A stretch of 64,000 bases of DNA. Source: Alkalispirochaeta sp. Lineage in GTDB: Bacteria; Spirochaetota; Spirochaetia; DSM-27196; Alkalispirochaetaceae. Shown here one piece after another: positions 1-14,124 of the stretch (its first letter is position 1; each line of letters starts with the position of its first letter). A program made the position numbers and the translations under genes. The notes under the pieces were generated by a model. That model was not told where the DNA came from, did no database searches, and saw only the letters and a program-made list of their open reading frames with translations. The stretch covers positions 2,880,001 through 2,944,000 of the forward strand of contig OZ271854.1 of assembly GCA_965601925.1 (NCBI GenBank). Reading direction: 5' to 3'.

Positions 1-186
1 CTTGTGAATCTTACTGTATACTTTATCGATCGCCTTCTGACGCACCGAACACGCCACGACTCCGAGGATATCGGCCTCCTCTTCGGTGTCGCACGCCTCG
101 TATCCAACGTCCTCGAGTACCGTGCGAATGCGTTCGGCGTCCGATTGATTCATTTGACATCCCAACGGGACAAGGTGATATCGCAT
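1..186 (-). CDS. miaB: tRNA methylthiotransferase MiaB-type, N-terminal part (runs off the window)
   Basis: Not in the ORF track. My translation MRYHLVPLGCQMNQSDAERIRTVLEDVGY...ADILGVVACSVRQKA matches the methylthiotransferase N-terminal GCQMN...CSVR motifs. The ATG directly abuts the stop of the upstream gene. Confidence 0.85.
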   Translation of the reverse strand, partial: MRYHLVPLGCQMNQSDAERIRTVLEDVGYEACDTEEEADILGVVACSVRQKAIDKVYSKIHK

Positions 187-846
187 TTAGAAATAAACCT
201 CTGCAAACAAGCTGTTATGCGGCACTCCCGCGTCCTGCAGGATATCGAACGCCTCGTAAATCATATCGCAGTTACCGCACAGGTAATACCGCGCCTCCGC
301 ATCGATCGATCGGGATCTGAGGTAGTCGGTAACGCGCCCGTGAAAATCCCCCGTCTTCTCACCGGTGATACAACTCACTACCCGGTCGCGATCGTAGGCG
401 GTGTGTTCGTACAACTCCGAGGCGCTGCGCACCCCGTGAAGCAACGTATAGTCGAGACCCGGATAACTCCGAACGAAGGCGTGAAAGGGAGATATCCCCG
501 TTCCCGTCGCGATGAAGACAAAACGATTGTCCCGCCAGTCGTCGTCGATCGTGAAAAATCCGAAAGGACCGTCCACCGTTACCGAGTCTCCGGTCTGCAA
601 CGTCGCCAGACGGTTACTCACGTAGCCGCCGTCCACGCGCTTTACCAGTATCTCCAAGTAATCCGCCGACGGATCGGAGTACACCGAGTATTCGCGCATA
701 TTGATGTCGCCGGTGGGACCCACGCTGAGATACTGGCCCGGCGCAAAGTCCAGCCCTCGTTTGTCGAATCGTAAGACAAATGCGCTTTCGCTCAGAAACC
801 GGAGCTCTCGCACCGCGAATCCCGTTCTCGTTCGCGTCTGTTCCAT
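187..846 (-). CDS. ferredoxin/flavodoxin--NADP+ reductase family (FAD/NAD(P)-binding) protein
   Basis: PGQY, REYSV, GGYVS, GPFG, ATGTGISPF and YLCG motifs; C-terminal EVYF. Confidence 0.9.
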   Translation of the reverse strand: MEQTRTRTGFAVRELRFLSESAFVLRFDKRGLDFAPGQYLSVGPTGDINMREYSVYSDPSADYLEILVKRVDGGYVSNRLATLQTGDSVTVDGPFGFFTIDDDWRDNRFVFIATGTGISPFHAFVRSYPGLDYTLLHGVRSASELYEHTAYDRDRVVSCITGEKTGDFHGRVTDYLRSRSIDAEARYYLCGNCDMIYEAFDILQDAGVPHNSLFAEVYF

Positions 847-1043
847 CGTCGTTTCCTATCTATGGTTCCGCGCCGTGGAGCGTGCTCCGTTACGTCGGAC
901 ATTTGAGTATAAAAATATGACTGCAAAGGTCAAGGAAAGCTCGCCGGTAAATACAAGGAATTTTGTCCATTCACCGATGGACCATTGACCACTATCGGGA
1001 TCAAACGCTACTCTCAGTCAACAAAGTGGGTGCTGATTAGATC

Positions 1044-2357
1044 ATGGTCCTTCGCTCGCGGTACCGTCAAATTACGATGATCTATGTGGTCTTGATAGCC
1101 GCATTGGTATGCGGAGTGATCATCGACCGTCAGATACTATACCCGGATCGCCAATTTCCACAGGTTGGTAATGCGGAAGTTCTCATTTATTTGGCGTTCT
1201 TATGCGGGTTCTCGATTCTATTGTTCTTCCGCGAAAGTCGCCGAACGCAAATCGCTCAGATTCTGCTTCTCATCGGTTTGGGGATCGCCGTCGTAACCGT
1301 AATAGCACCGAAAGAGCTCGGAGGCGATCTCAATTTTCTCCTCGCCGCTGCGTTGGCGTACAAGTACGGGCTGTTCAATACGCACCCTATCCTCAAGCTT
1401 ACGTCGGTCATCGGAACCCTTGCAATATCTCGTAGCATCGTTGCGATCATCAGGGACGATATCTCGGTCGGTCGCGTGCTCAATCAGCTCGTAATCGTGA
1501 GTCTTGCGATACCGATCGTCTACTGGCTTTTTGAGGACGAGCTAATCCGGACGCGGCGGGAGAAGAGACGGCTCGAGCAGCTTCAGCAGAGCAATCAACC
1601 TTTCGTAGAGTTCGGTCGTAACGTGAGCGGGATCGTGCACGACTTCAAAAACGACTTAGGGCTTCTCCATACGTTCGGACAATATCTCGACTTCTCGGCG
1701 GGAGAACCGATCGAAATGTCGTTGGTGAACCGTTACAAGGGGTACGTGGATCGGATTGCGATGCGCATTCGGCGCATCCTCATGGTTACGCAAGCATCGC
1801 ATCAGGCGACCGACAAACGCATACTTTTGCAGGACTTGGTGCGCTCCACGCTGTACGTGTTCCAGTCCAATCTGGAGTTCAAGCGCGTCGTCACCTTCGA
1901 CGTGCTGCTCGAGGATCGGGAACTGTACGCGACGATGCAACCGGCTCCGTTGATCTCGATCCTGGAGAACTTGATACGTAACTCGTGCGAAGCCCTCGTA
2001 GAGTCATACACCGGAGACTCGCCGCCGTCCGGCAAGGCGATCGTAACCGTCAAACTTCGCGTGCGGAGCGATGCCGTAGAGATTGTCGTCGCCGATAACG
2101 GGCCCGGCATTCCCTTTTGCGAAACGTGCCGCCATACCAACTGTCTCGAGTGTCCCAACTTCGCGATCGGAAAGTCGGGGAAGAAAGACGGCTCGGGCAT
2201 CGGAATGTTCAACATCCGCCATGCGGCGCGACAGCTCGGTATCGACGTCCACCTTTCCAGTGCTCACGGTCGCGGCGTGGTGGCTACCGTATCGATCCCG
2301 ATCGCCCGAATCGAGGCCGACAATGACATTGGTCGCACGTTGAGCGTTGACGCCTAA
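1044..2357 (+). CDS. membrane sensor histidine kinase (about 6 TM + HisKA + HATPase_c) with CxxCx4CxxC insert
   Basis: H-box GIVHDFKNDL, N-box ENLIRNSCEA, G1 DNGPGI, G2 GSGIGM; hydrophobic N-terminal region. Confidence 0.9.
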   Translation: MVLRSRYRQITMIYVVLIAALVCGVIIDRQILYPDRQFPQVGNAEVLIYLAFLCGFSILLFFRESRRTQIAQILLLIGLGIAVVTVIAPKELGGDLNFLLAAALAYKYGLFNTHPILKLTSVIGTLAISRSIVAIIRDDISVGRVLNQLVIVSLAIPIVYWLFEDELIRTRREKRRLEQLQQSNQPFVEFGRNVSGIVHDFKNDLGLLHTFGQYLDFSAGEPIEMSLVNRYKGYVDRIAMRIRRILMVTQASHQATDKRILLQDLVRSTLYVFQSNLEFKRVVTFDVLLEDRELYATMQPAPLISILENLIRNSCEALVESYTGDSPPSGKAIVTVKLRVRSDAVEIVVADNGPGIPFCETCRHTNCLECPNFAIGKSGKKDGSGIGMFNIRHAARQLGIDVHLSSAHGRGVVATVSIPIARIEADNDIGRTLSVDA

Positions 2358-2376
2358 ATTTAGTCGGCGCTATATT
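2347..2376 (+). promoter_or_regulatory. putative sigma70 promoter for flavodoxin
   Basis: TTGACG-18bp-TATATT about 45 bp upstream of the ATG. Confidence 0.45.
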
Positions 2377-2421
2377 CTCACCTACAACAACGACAACATT
2401 GTCCATCTTTAGGGGGAAGGC

Positions 2422-2922
2422 ATGGTCGCGATCATCTATGGGTCGTCCACAATGAACACCGAATACGTATCACAGCGGCTTGCGGCTGCCTTTGGCTCCG
2501 ATCAAGAGATTCTGCACAATGTAAAGGACATCGATCCCGCGGTCATCGAGGGATCGCGCAACATCGTCTTCGTCACCTCTACCTGGGGTGCCGGGGATCT
2601 CCAAGACGACTGGGAGGAGTTTTTCCCCCGCTTGGAGGAGATGGATCTTTCGGGAAAGGTAATCGGTCTGGTCGGGGTCGGAGACCAAGAGAACTATCCC
2701 GATACCTTTTGCGACGGTATTTCGCACCTGTACGACGTTGTCGTGCGGAACGGCGGCCGCGTCGTCGGCTCAACGAATACCGAGGGGTATAACTTCAAGC
2801 AATCGCGTTCGGTGAAAGACGGCGATTTCGTCGGGCTGGTGATCGACGAGGACAACCAAGCCGATCGTACCGACGAGCGCATTCGAGACTGGGTTGCGGC
2901 CGTCTCGGGGGAGTTTGTGTGA
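2422..2922 (+). CDS. fldA: long-chain flavodoxin
   Basis: IYGSSTMNTE, STWGAGDLQDDW, GVGDQENYPDTFCD, GLVIDEDNQ motifs. Confidence 0.9.
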   Translation: MVAIIYGSSTMNTEYVSQRLAAAFGSDQEILHNVKDIDPAVIEGSRNIVFVTSTWGAGDLQDDWEEFFPRLEEMDLSGKVIGLVGVGDQENYPDTFCDGISHLYDVVVRNGGRVVGSTNTEGYNFKQSRSVKDGDFVGLVIDEDNQADRTDERIRDWVAAVSGEFV

Positions 2923-2923
2923 C

Positions 2924-2952
2924 TTGACAATTCCGTTCCGCTCTGCTACCTT
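2924..2952 (+). promoter_or_regulatory. sigma70 promoter for the tRNA/secE cluster
   Basis: TTGACA-17bp-TACCTT with extended -10 TG. Confidence 0.65.
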
Positions 2953-2970
2953 CCTCTGAACTTTGAAGAC

Positions 2971-3043
2971 GCCCTTGTAGCTCAGTCGGTAGAGCACATC
3001 CATGGTAAGGATGGGGTCATCGGTTCAAGTCCGATCGAGGGCT
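2971..3043 (+). tRNA. tRNA-Thr(GGT)
   Basis: Cloverleaf: acceptor GCCCTTG/CGAGGGC, D arm TAGCTCAGTCGGTAGAGC, anticodon arm CATCC-AT GGT AA-GGATG, T loop GGTTCAAGTCC. Confidence 0.95.
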
Positions 3044-3067
3044 CTGCGGAAAAAGCCGTCCGCTTTC

Positions 3068-3141
3068 AGGCCAGTAGCTCCAATTGGTAGAGCGCCGGTC
3101 TCCAAAACCGGATGTTGTAGGTTCGAGTCCTGCCTGGCCTG
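3068..3141 (+). tRNA. tRNA-Trp(CCA)
   Basis: Acceptor AGGCCAG/CTGGCCT, anticodon arm CCGGT-CT CCA AA-ACCGG, T loop GGTTCGAGTCC; usual position before secE. Confidence 0.95.
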
Positions 3142-3187
3142 CTCTTTTTTTGAGTCAAGGCGGCTGTCTGTTTGTGAGGAGTATTTG

Positions 3188-3367
3188 GTGAAGAAGATTA
3201 TCGCCTTTTTCCAGAACAGTTACGCGGAGCTGAAGAAGGTGACATGGCCCTCTCGCGACGAGGTGTGGTCGTCGACCCGTGTCATTCTGGTGTCCGTGCT
3301 GATTTTCGCCGCTGTTTTGGGCGTGCTCGATTTTCTTTTTCTCAACGGGATTGACCTCTTCTTTTAA
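3188..3367 (+). CDS. secE: preprotein translocase subunit SecE
   Basis: ELKKVTWPSRDE motif plus one TM; GTG start after GAGGAG. Confidence 0.95.
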   Translation: MKKIIAFFQNSYAELKKVTWPSRDEVWSSTRVILVSVLIFAAVLGVLDFLFLNGIDLFF

Positions 3368-3391
3368 GGTCCGTGAGGCTCTGAGTTAACT

Positions 3392-3946
3392 ATGGCCAAA
3401 AACTGGTACGTCCTTCATACCTACTCCGGGTACGAGAGTAAGATCGAACGCACGATTCGCATGATGATGGACGAGGGAAAGCTGGGCGACGCGGTGATCG
3501 ACATCAAAGTTCCTTCGGAACAGGTTGTCGAGGTCCGGGACGGGAAAAAGCGGGTAACCAACAAGAAGTTTCTTCCCGGTTATGTGCTCATGGAGATGGA
3601 CCTGCCCGATGCCGGATGGAAAGGCGTTCTGTCCGCAATTCGACGTATCAACGGCGTGACCGGATTCGTCGGCTCGTCGCCCGGTGCCAAGCCGCATCCC
3701 ATCTCTCAGGAAGAGGCGCGGACGATCCTTCAGAAGACCGGCGAGATCAAGGGCGATAGGACGATCAAGCCGAAGGAGAGTTTTGTCGTCGGCGAGACGG
3801 TGCGAATCATCGACGGTCCGTTCAACACATTTACCGGCACCGTCGAGGACGTCAATACGGAGAAGGCGAAGCTTCGCGTGACCGTCGGGATCTTCGGTCG
3901 TTCGACGCCGGTGGAGCTGGACTTTCTCCAGGTAGAAAAAATCTAA
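3392..3946 (+). CDS. nusG: transcription termination/antitermination factor NusG
   Basis: [20 protein letters not shown] domain, [10 protein letters not shown]. Confidence 0.98.
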   Translation: MAKNWYVLHTYSGYESKIERTIRMMMDEGKLGDAVIDIKVPSEQVVEVRDGKKRVTNKKFLPGYVLMEMDLPDAGWKGVLSAIRRINGVTGFVGSSPGAKPHPISQEEARTILQKTGEIKGDRTIKPKESFVVGETVRIIDGPFNTFTGTVEDVNTEKAKLRVTVGIFGRSTPVELDFLQVEKI

Positions 3947-3980
3947 CAGCGCAACGCGGTCGAGCGTACGCTCGATTCAT

Positions 3981-4037
3981 GTGGGAGTCATCCCGGACCC
4001 TAGTTCGGTGAACCAATCCGGGAGACGGTGGAACCAC
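3981..4037 (+). promoter_or_regulatory. putative L1-binding autoregulatory leader of rplK
   Basis: GTGGGAG-TC...GAC-GGTGGAA-CCAC helix/internal-loop arrangement immediately before the rplK SD. Confidence 0.55.
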
Positions 4038-4049
4038 AAAGGAGGCCAT

Positions 4050-4481
4050 ATGGCTAAGAAAAAAGAGGTGGCGCAGATTAAGCTGCAGGTGCCCGCCGGG
4101 AAGGCGACGCCCGCTCCCCCGGTCGGTCCGGCGCTCGGTCCCCATGGGGTGAGCGCGCCGCAGTTCGTGCAGCAGTTCAACGACGTCACCAAGAACTTTG
4201 AACCGGGATTGCTGATCCCCGTCGTGATCACCGTCTACGCCGATCGGTCGTTTTCATTTATCACGAAAACGCCGCCGGCCGCCGTGCTTATCAAAAAGGC
4301 GCTCGGTCTTGAGAAGGGCTCTTCCGAGCCGAACAAGACCAAAGTCGGTACCATTACGACCGCGCAGTTGAAAGAGATCGCGACGACCAAAATGCCCGAT
4401 CTCAACGCCAACGACATTGACGCCGCGATAAAGATCATCGCCGGTACCGCCCGCAGTATGGGCGTCGTGGTGGAGGGTTGA
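4050..4481 (+). CDS. rplK: 50S ribosomal protein L11
   Basis: [27 protein letters not shown]. Confidence 0.98.
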   Translation: MAKKKEVAQIKLQVPAGKATPAPPVGPALGPHGVSAPQFVQQFNDVTKNFEPGLLIPVVITVYADRSFSFITKTPPAAVLIKKALGLEKGSSEPNKTKVGTITTAQLKEIATTKMPDLNANDIDAAIKIIAGTARSMGVVVEG

Positions 4482-4485
4482 CGGT

Positions 4486-5160
4486 ATGAAGCGTGGAAAA
4501 AAATATCGAGAGGCAACCGCCAAGATCGATCGATTGCACGCCTATCCGGTCGAAGAGGCCGTAACGCTCGTCAAAGACGTCTCGTTCGCCAAGTTCGACG
4601 AGACGATCGAGCTCTCCATGAATCTGAATCTCAAGAAGAGTCAAACGGTGCGCGATACGGTGGTGCTTCCCCACCAGTTTACCGGTGAGAAGCGGGTATT
4701 GGTCTTCGCCAAAGGCGACAAGGCCGAAGAGGCGCGCCAAGCCGGTGCGGCGTACGTGGGCGACGACGACCTTATTGAGAAGATCAAAGGCGGATGGCTC
4801 GACTTCGACGTTGCGGTGGCGACACCGGATATGATGAAGGATGTGGGGCGCCTCGGTCCGATTCTCGGGCGCCGGGGGTTAATGCCCAATCCGAAGACGC
4901 AGACGGTAACGATGGATGTTGCGGCGGCGCTGGCCGAGCTTCAGAAGGGGCGCGTAGAGTTTCGCTCCGACAAGACCGGCGTCGTGCACTTGGCCGTCGG
5001 AAAGGTCTCGATGGAGCCCTCTCAGGTAGCCGAGAACATTCGATTGATCATTGACGAGGTAGAGAAGCGTCGTCCCGCGGAAACCAAGGGTACATTCGTC
5101 AAGTCCGTCGCGGTCTCCTCCTCTATGGGGCCCGGTGTTCACGTGGCGACGGGAGAGTAA
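4486..5160 (+). CDS. rplA: 50S ribosomal protein L1
   Basis: [21 protein letters not shown]. Confidence 0.98.
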   Translation: MKRGKKYREATAKIDRLHAYPVEEAVTLVKDVSFAKFDETIELSMNLNLKKSQTVRDTVVLPHQFTGEKRVLVFAKGDKAEEARQAGAAYVGDDDLIEKIKGGWLDFDVAVATPDMMKDVGRLGPILGRRGLMPNPKTQTVTMDVAAALAELQKGRVEFRSDKTGVVHLAVGKVSMEPSQVAENIRLIIDEVEKRRPAETKGTFVKSVAVSSSMGPGVHVATGE

Positions 5161-5164
5161 ACAG

Positions 5165-5698
5165 ATGGCAGAATACCAAACGAAGATAAACGACGCCAAA
5201 ACCGCGGCCGTCGACGCTCTCAAGGAGATGTTCTCCGGGGCCTCGGACTACGTGTTTACCGATTATCGCGGGTTGAGCGTACAACAGATCACCGAGCTTC
5301 GCGGAAAGTTGCGCGACAACGATGCGGACTTCCACGTCGTCAAGAACAACTACGCGCGCATCGCCTTTCAGCAGATGGAGAAGCCGGACGTCTCGGACTA
5401 CCTGGTAGGACCGACGGCGATCGCCCTTGCAAAGAAGGACTCAGCGCCGGTCGTCAAGGTGTTGGTCGACTTTGCCAAAGACGCTTCGGTTGAGGTGAAG
5501 GGCGCCTTGGTCGGCGAGACGGTGTTCGACGCCCGACAGGCCGAGGCGTTCAGCAAGTTGCCGAGCCGCGAGGCGCTCATCTCGCAATTGATGAGCGTGA
5601 TGCAGGCGCCCATGCAGAATTTGGTCTACGCTCTTAACGGGGTGCCGACCAACATCGCGCGTGTGCTGCAGGCGGTGGCGGACAAAAAAGGAGAGTAG
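5165..5698 (+). CDS. rplJ: 50S ribosomal protein L10
   Basis: DYRGLSV, VVKNN, KLPSRE; synteny. Confidence 0.97.
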   Translation: MAEYQTKINDAKTAAVDALKEMFSGASDYVFTDYRGLSVQQITELRGKLRDNDADFHVVKNNYARIAFQQMEKPDVSDYLVGPTAIALAKKDSAPVVKVLVDFAKDASVEVKGALVGETVFDARQAEAFSKLPSREALISQLMSVMQAPMQNLVYALNGVPTNIARVLQAVADKKGE

Positions 5699-5803
5699 GG
5701 ACGATCGCAATGCGTTCGTCCTCACCGATACGGGGAATTATCGGCGTTAGTCTTCGATGCAACTGCCTGCTATCGCCGAAGCATATCGAAAGGAGAAGAT
5801 AAT

Positions 5804-6199
5804 ATGGCGGCAATTACGAAAGAGGATATCCTCGAAACTGTTGCAGGAATGACCGTGCTCGAAGTGAGCGAGCTGGTCAAAATGATGGAAGAGAAGTTCG
5901 GTGTTACCGCTGCGGCTCCGGTTGCCGTTGCAGCCGCCGGCGCGGTCGCCGGGGGCGAGGCCGAAGAGGCCGAAGAGCAGACCGAGTTCAATGTCATCCT
6001 GAAGGGTGTCAAGGACGGCGGAAACAAGATCCAGGTTATCAAGGCGGTGCGTACCGTCGTGAGCGGTCTGGGTCTCAAGGAAGCGAAGGAGCTTGTTGAA
6101 GCTGGTGGTAAGCCTGTACGGGAAGGTGTCTCAAAGGACGAAGCCGCTGAAATCAAGAAGACCCTCGAGGACGCCGGCGCTGAGATCGAGGTTCAGTAG
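5804..6199 (+). CDS. rplL: 50S ribosomal protein L7/L12
   Basis: [30 protein letters not shown]. Confidence 0.98.
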   Translation: MAAITKEDILETVAGMTVLEVSELVKMMEEKFGVTAAAPVAVAAAGAVAGGEAEEAEEQTEFNVILKGVKDGGNKIQVIKAVRTVVSGLGLKEAKELVEAGGKPVREGVSKDEAAEIKKTLEDAGAEIEVQ

Positions 6200-6236
6200 C
6201 GCCGCGCCGACTCACAATCGTTTTCCATTTCTCAAA

Positions 6237-6273
6237 CACCACCGGTGTATAGGTACGCCGGTGGTGCATTTTT
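6237..6273 (+). terminator. hairpin + T-run between rplL and rpoB (terminator/attenuator)
   Basis: CACCACCGGTGTA-TAGG-TACGCCGGTGGTG followed by CATTTTT. Confidence 0.6.
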
Positions 6274-6300
6274 GTCTTAAGCCTTTGTCGGGAGGTGTAC

Positions 6301-9300
6301 ATGTTTGACAGAGAACGAATTATCGACCGGACCGAGGTGGGAACCGCGGGTCCTAAGGTCATGGAGCTCCCGGATCTGGTCGATATTCAACTCTCGTCCT
6401 ATGAGCGGTTTCTTCAGAGGGAACGTCTTCTCGCCGGTGAGCCTCCTTTGATTCAGGGGCTTCTGGAAGTCTTTGAATCGACGTTTCCCATCGAGAGTCC
6501 GTCGGGCGATCTTCGCCTCGAGTTTGATCACTATATCCTTGATGAAGAAAACATCAAGATGAGTGAGGTAGAGTGCAAGAATAAGGGAAACACCTACGCC
6601 GTCCCGATCAAAGCTCGTATTAACCTGATTTTTCTCGAGACCGGTGAAATCCGGCAGAAAGATATATACATGGGCGACATTCCGCTCATGACCGAGCGCG
6701 GTACCTTCATCATTAACGGCGCCGAGCGCGTCGTCGTCAGTCAGATTCACCGCAGTCCGGGCGTTATTTTCTCCCACGAGAAGGGTGTCTATAGCTCGCG
6801 CATTATTCCGTATCGCGGAAGTTGGTTGGAGTTCGAGATCGATCAGAAGCGCGATCTCATCTACGCCAAGATCGATCGCAAGAAGCGCATCCTCGGGACG
6901 CTCTTTCTGCGGGCGCTGTCCTACGACACGCGCGAGAAGATCATCGATCTCTTCTACCGGAGCGAGCAGGTCAAGATTAAGGATAATCGTGAGTTGCGTG
7001 ATCGTCTCGTAGGGCGCGTGTTGGCTCGCGCGGTCTTCTCCACCGATGAGGAGGGGCAGGAACGTAAGCTCTACCGCGCCGGGGAGAAGATTCATCCCCA
7101 TGACGTCGACGAGTTGCTCCACGGTGGGGTCAAATCCATCTGGCTGATCGACGACGACGATCCGGAATCGCTCCACGCCGACATCATTCTCAACTGTTTC
7201 GAGCGTGAAGAGTCGAAGTTCGTCGGAGAAGACGCGGATCGCGACGAGCCGAGCAAAGAGGACGCGATCTCGGCGATCTACGCCGTGTTACAGCCCGGTG
7301 AGCCGATTACGATGGAGAGTGCGGAGAAGGATTTTCAAAGCATGTTCTTCTCCTCCCGGCGCTACGATCTGGGGCGCGTCGGTCGCTACAAGCTCAACAA
7401 GAAGTTCGACTACGAGGAGCCGACCGAAGACTTCATCCTGACGCAGGACGACATCGTCAATACGATGCGCTTTCTGATCAAGGTCTATATCGGCGAGGAA
7501 AACGTCGACGACATCGATCACTTGGGAAATCGACGCGTCCGGTCGGTCGGCGAGCTTCTGGCCAATACGCTGAAGACCGCCTTCAGCAGAATGGAGCGCA
7601 TCGCCAAGGATCGTATGTCGCTCAAGGAGACCGACACGATCAAGCCGCAGGATCTCGTCTCGATCAAACCGATCGTCGCGGCGATCAAGGAGTTCTTCGG
7701 CTCCTCCCAGCTCTCGCAGTTCATGGATCAGGTCAATCCGCTCTCGGAGTTGACCCACAAGCGCCGCCTCAACGCGTTGGGGCCCGGCGGTCTCTCGCGA
7801 GACCGCGCCGGGTTCGAGGTGCGCGACGTCCACTACACGCACTACGGCCGTATGTGTCCTATCGAGACGCCGGAAGGGCCCAATATCGGTCTGATCGTCT
7901 CGTTGGCGAACTACACGCGCGTTAACGACTACGGCTTTTTGGAAACTCCGTACCGCAAGGTCCATTCGGGCATCGTATCCGACGATATCGAGTATCTGTC
8001 GGCGATGGACGAAGAGAAGCACTTTATCGCTCAGGCCAACGCCCCGATCAGCAAGAAGGGTGAGTTCCGACTCGACCAAGTGTCGGTCCGCAAAAGCGGT
8101 GACTACACGACCCGCACGCCCGACCAGATCGAGTACATGGACGTCTCGCCTAAGCAGATCATCAGCGTCAGCGCGTCTTTGATTCCCTTTTTGGAGCACG
8201 ACGACGCAAACCGGGCGCTCATGGGATCCAATATGCAGCGCCAGGCGGTTCCGCTGGTATTTCCGGAGCCTCCCAGAGTCGGGACCGGTATGGAGAGTAA
8301 GACCGCCTACGACTCCGGCGTCTTGGTAAAGGCGCGCCGCGCAGGTACGGTGGTTTACGTCTCCAGTACGCGGGTCGTGATCGATCCCGATGAGAAGAAA
8401 GACGCCCATGATCAGGACGTCCACGTCATGATCAAATACCAGCGGACAAACCAGGATACGTGTTACATCCAGAAGCCGATGGTCGAGGTCGGCCAGAAAA
8501 TCGCCGTCGGCGATGCCATAGCCGACGGGCCCTCCACGTTTAAGGGGGAGTTGGCACTGGGGCGCAACGTCTTGGTCGGATTCGTGCCGTGGAACGGATA
8601 CAACTACGAGGACGCGATTCTCATATCGGAGAAGGTGGTCAAAGAGGACATCTTCACTTCCGTCCACATTAAAGAGTTCTCCATCGACGTGCGGGAGACC
8701 AAACTGGGGCCGGAGAAGATCACCAGCGACATTCCGAACGTCAGTGAGAAGGCGCTCTCCAAGCTCGACGGCGAGGGCATCGTGCGCATCGGCGCCAAAG
8801 TGGGCAGCTCCGACATCCTCGTCGGAAAGGTGACGCCCAAGAGCGATACCGAGACGACGCCCGAGTTCAAACTTCTCAATCAGATTTTCGGTGAGAAGGC
8901 CAAAGAGGTGCGCGACACCTCGCTCAAAGTACCTCACGGCGTCGAAGGCACCGTTATCGATGTCCAGCGCCTCAACCGGAGCGAGGGCGACGATCTCTCA
9001 CCGGGCGTCGAGCAGGTGGTCAAAGTGCTGATCGCCACCAAGCGTAAACTTCGCGAGGGCGACAAGATGGCGGGACGTCACGGAAACAAGGGTGTCATCG
9101 CCCGCGTGTTGCCTGAGGAGGATATGCCGTTCATGGCCGACGGGACGCCGCTGGATGTCTGTCTCAATCCTCTCGGTGTTCCCAGTCGTATGAACCTGGG
9201 ACAGATTCTCGAGACGGAGCTCGGATGGGCCGCCCTCAATCTCGACGAGTGGTACGCGACACCGGTCTTCGAGTCGGCGACCAACCAACAGATCGAGGAT

Positions 9301-9804
9301 AAGCTGTCCGCCGCCGGATTGCCGGCAAATTCCAAGACGGTGCTCCACGACGGGCGCACCGGCGAACGGTTTGAGAATCCGGTCATGGTGGGCGTCATGT
9401 ACATGCTCAAACTTCACCACTTGGTCGACGACAAGATGCACGCCCGTTCAACCGGACCGTACTCTCTCGTGACTCAGCAACCCCTGGGCGGTAAGGCTCA
9501 GTTCGGTGGTCAGCGTCTGGGTGAGATGGAAGTATGGGCTCTCGAGGCGTACGGCGCCGCAAATACCCTCCAAGAGCTTCTTACCATCAAGAGCGACGAC
9601 ATGAACGGGCGCGCAAAGATATACGAGAGCATCGTCAAGGGGCTTCCCAGCACCTCGGCGGGCGTTCCCGAATCGTTCAACGTCCTCGTGCAGGAGCTCA
9701 GGGGACTCGGGCTCGATATGTCGATATACGATAGCAAAGGCAAGCAGGTTCCTCTCACCGAGCGTGATGAGGAGCTCATTAACCGGCAAGGCAGCAACTT
9801 CTAA
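6301..9804 (+). CDS. rpoB: RNA polymerase beta subunit
   Basis: [38 protein letters not shown]; start taken at the ATG after GGAGG. Confidence 0.99.
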   Translation: MFDRERIIDRTEVGTAGPKVMELPDLVDIQLSSYERFLQRERLLAGEPPLIQGLLEVFESTFPIESPSGDLRLEFDHYILDEENIKMSEVECKNKGNTYAVPIKARINLIFLETGEIRQKDIYMGDIPLMTERGTFIINGAERVVVSQIHRSPGVIFSHEKGVYSSRIIPYRGSWLEFEIDQKRDLIYAKIDRKKRILGTLFLRALSYDTREKIIDLFYRSEQVKIKDNRELRDRLVGRVLARAVFSTDEEGQERKLYRAGEKIHPHDVDELLHGGVKSIWLIDDDDPESLHADIILNCFEREESKFVGEDADRDEPSKEDAISAIYAVLQPGEPITMESAEKDFQSMFFSSRRYDLGRVGRYKLNKKFDYEEPTEDFILTQDDIVNTMRFLIKVYIGEENVDDIDHLGNRRVRSVGELLANTLKTAFSRMERIAKDRMSLKETDTIKPQDLVSIKPIVAAIKEFFGSSQLSQFMDQVNPLSELTHKRRLNALGPGGLSRDRAGFEVRDVHYTHYGRMCPIETPEGPNIGLIVSLANYTRVNDYGFLETPYRKVHSGIVSDDIEYLSAMDEEKHFIAQANAPISKKGEFRLDQVSVRKSGDYTTRTPDQIEYMDVSPKQIISVSASLIPFLEHDDANRALMGSNMQRQAVPLVFPEPPRVGTGMESKTAYDSGVLVKARRAGTVVYVSSTRVVIDPDEKKDAHDQDVHVMIKYQRTNQDTCYIQKPMVEVGQKIAVGDAIADGPSTFKGELALGRNVLVGFVPWNGYNYEDAILISEKVVKEDIFTSVHIKEFSIDVRETKLGPEKITSDIPNVSEKALSKLDGEGIVRIGAKVGSSDILVGKVTPKSDTETTPEFKLLNQIFGEKAKEVRDTSLKVPHGVEGTVIDVQRLNRSEGDDLSPGVEQVVKVLIATKRKLREGDKMAGRHGNKGVIARVLPEEDMPFMADGTPLDVCLNPLGVPSRMNLGQILETELGWAALNLDEWYATPVFESATNQQIEDKLSAAGLPANSKTVLHDGRTGERFENPVMVGVMYMLKLHHLVDDKMHARSTGPYSLVTQQPLGGKAQFGGQRLGEMEVWALEAYGAANTLQELLTIKSDDMNGRAKIYESIVKGLPSTSAGVPESFNVLVQELRGLGLDMSIYDSKGKQVPLTERDEELINRQGSNF

Positions 9805-9818
9805 GGAGCGATACCGGT

Positions 9819-14048
<4,230 letters not shown>

Positions 14049-14059
14049 GCCGGCCGGCC

Positions 14060-14089
14060 TTGACACCTCAAGGTGTCAATTGGTATGGT
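14060..14089 (+). promoter_or_regulatory. sigma70 promoter of rpsL with overlapping inverted repeat
   Basis: TTGACA-18bp-TATGGT (TG-extended); TTGACACCT-CA-AGGTGTCAA dyad. Confidence 0.6.
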
Positions 14090-14124
14090 ACCGCTCTACG
14101 ATTTCAACGGAGTATAGAATACAG

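Noticed and set aside
3002..3187. Extended SecE N-terminus in the ORF track
   Set aside because: Runs through two tRNA genes; an SD supports the GTG at 3188.
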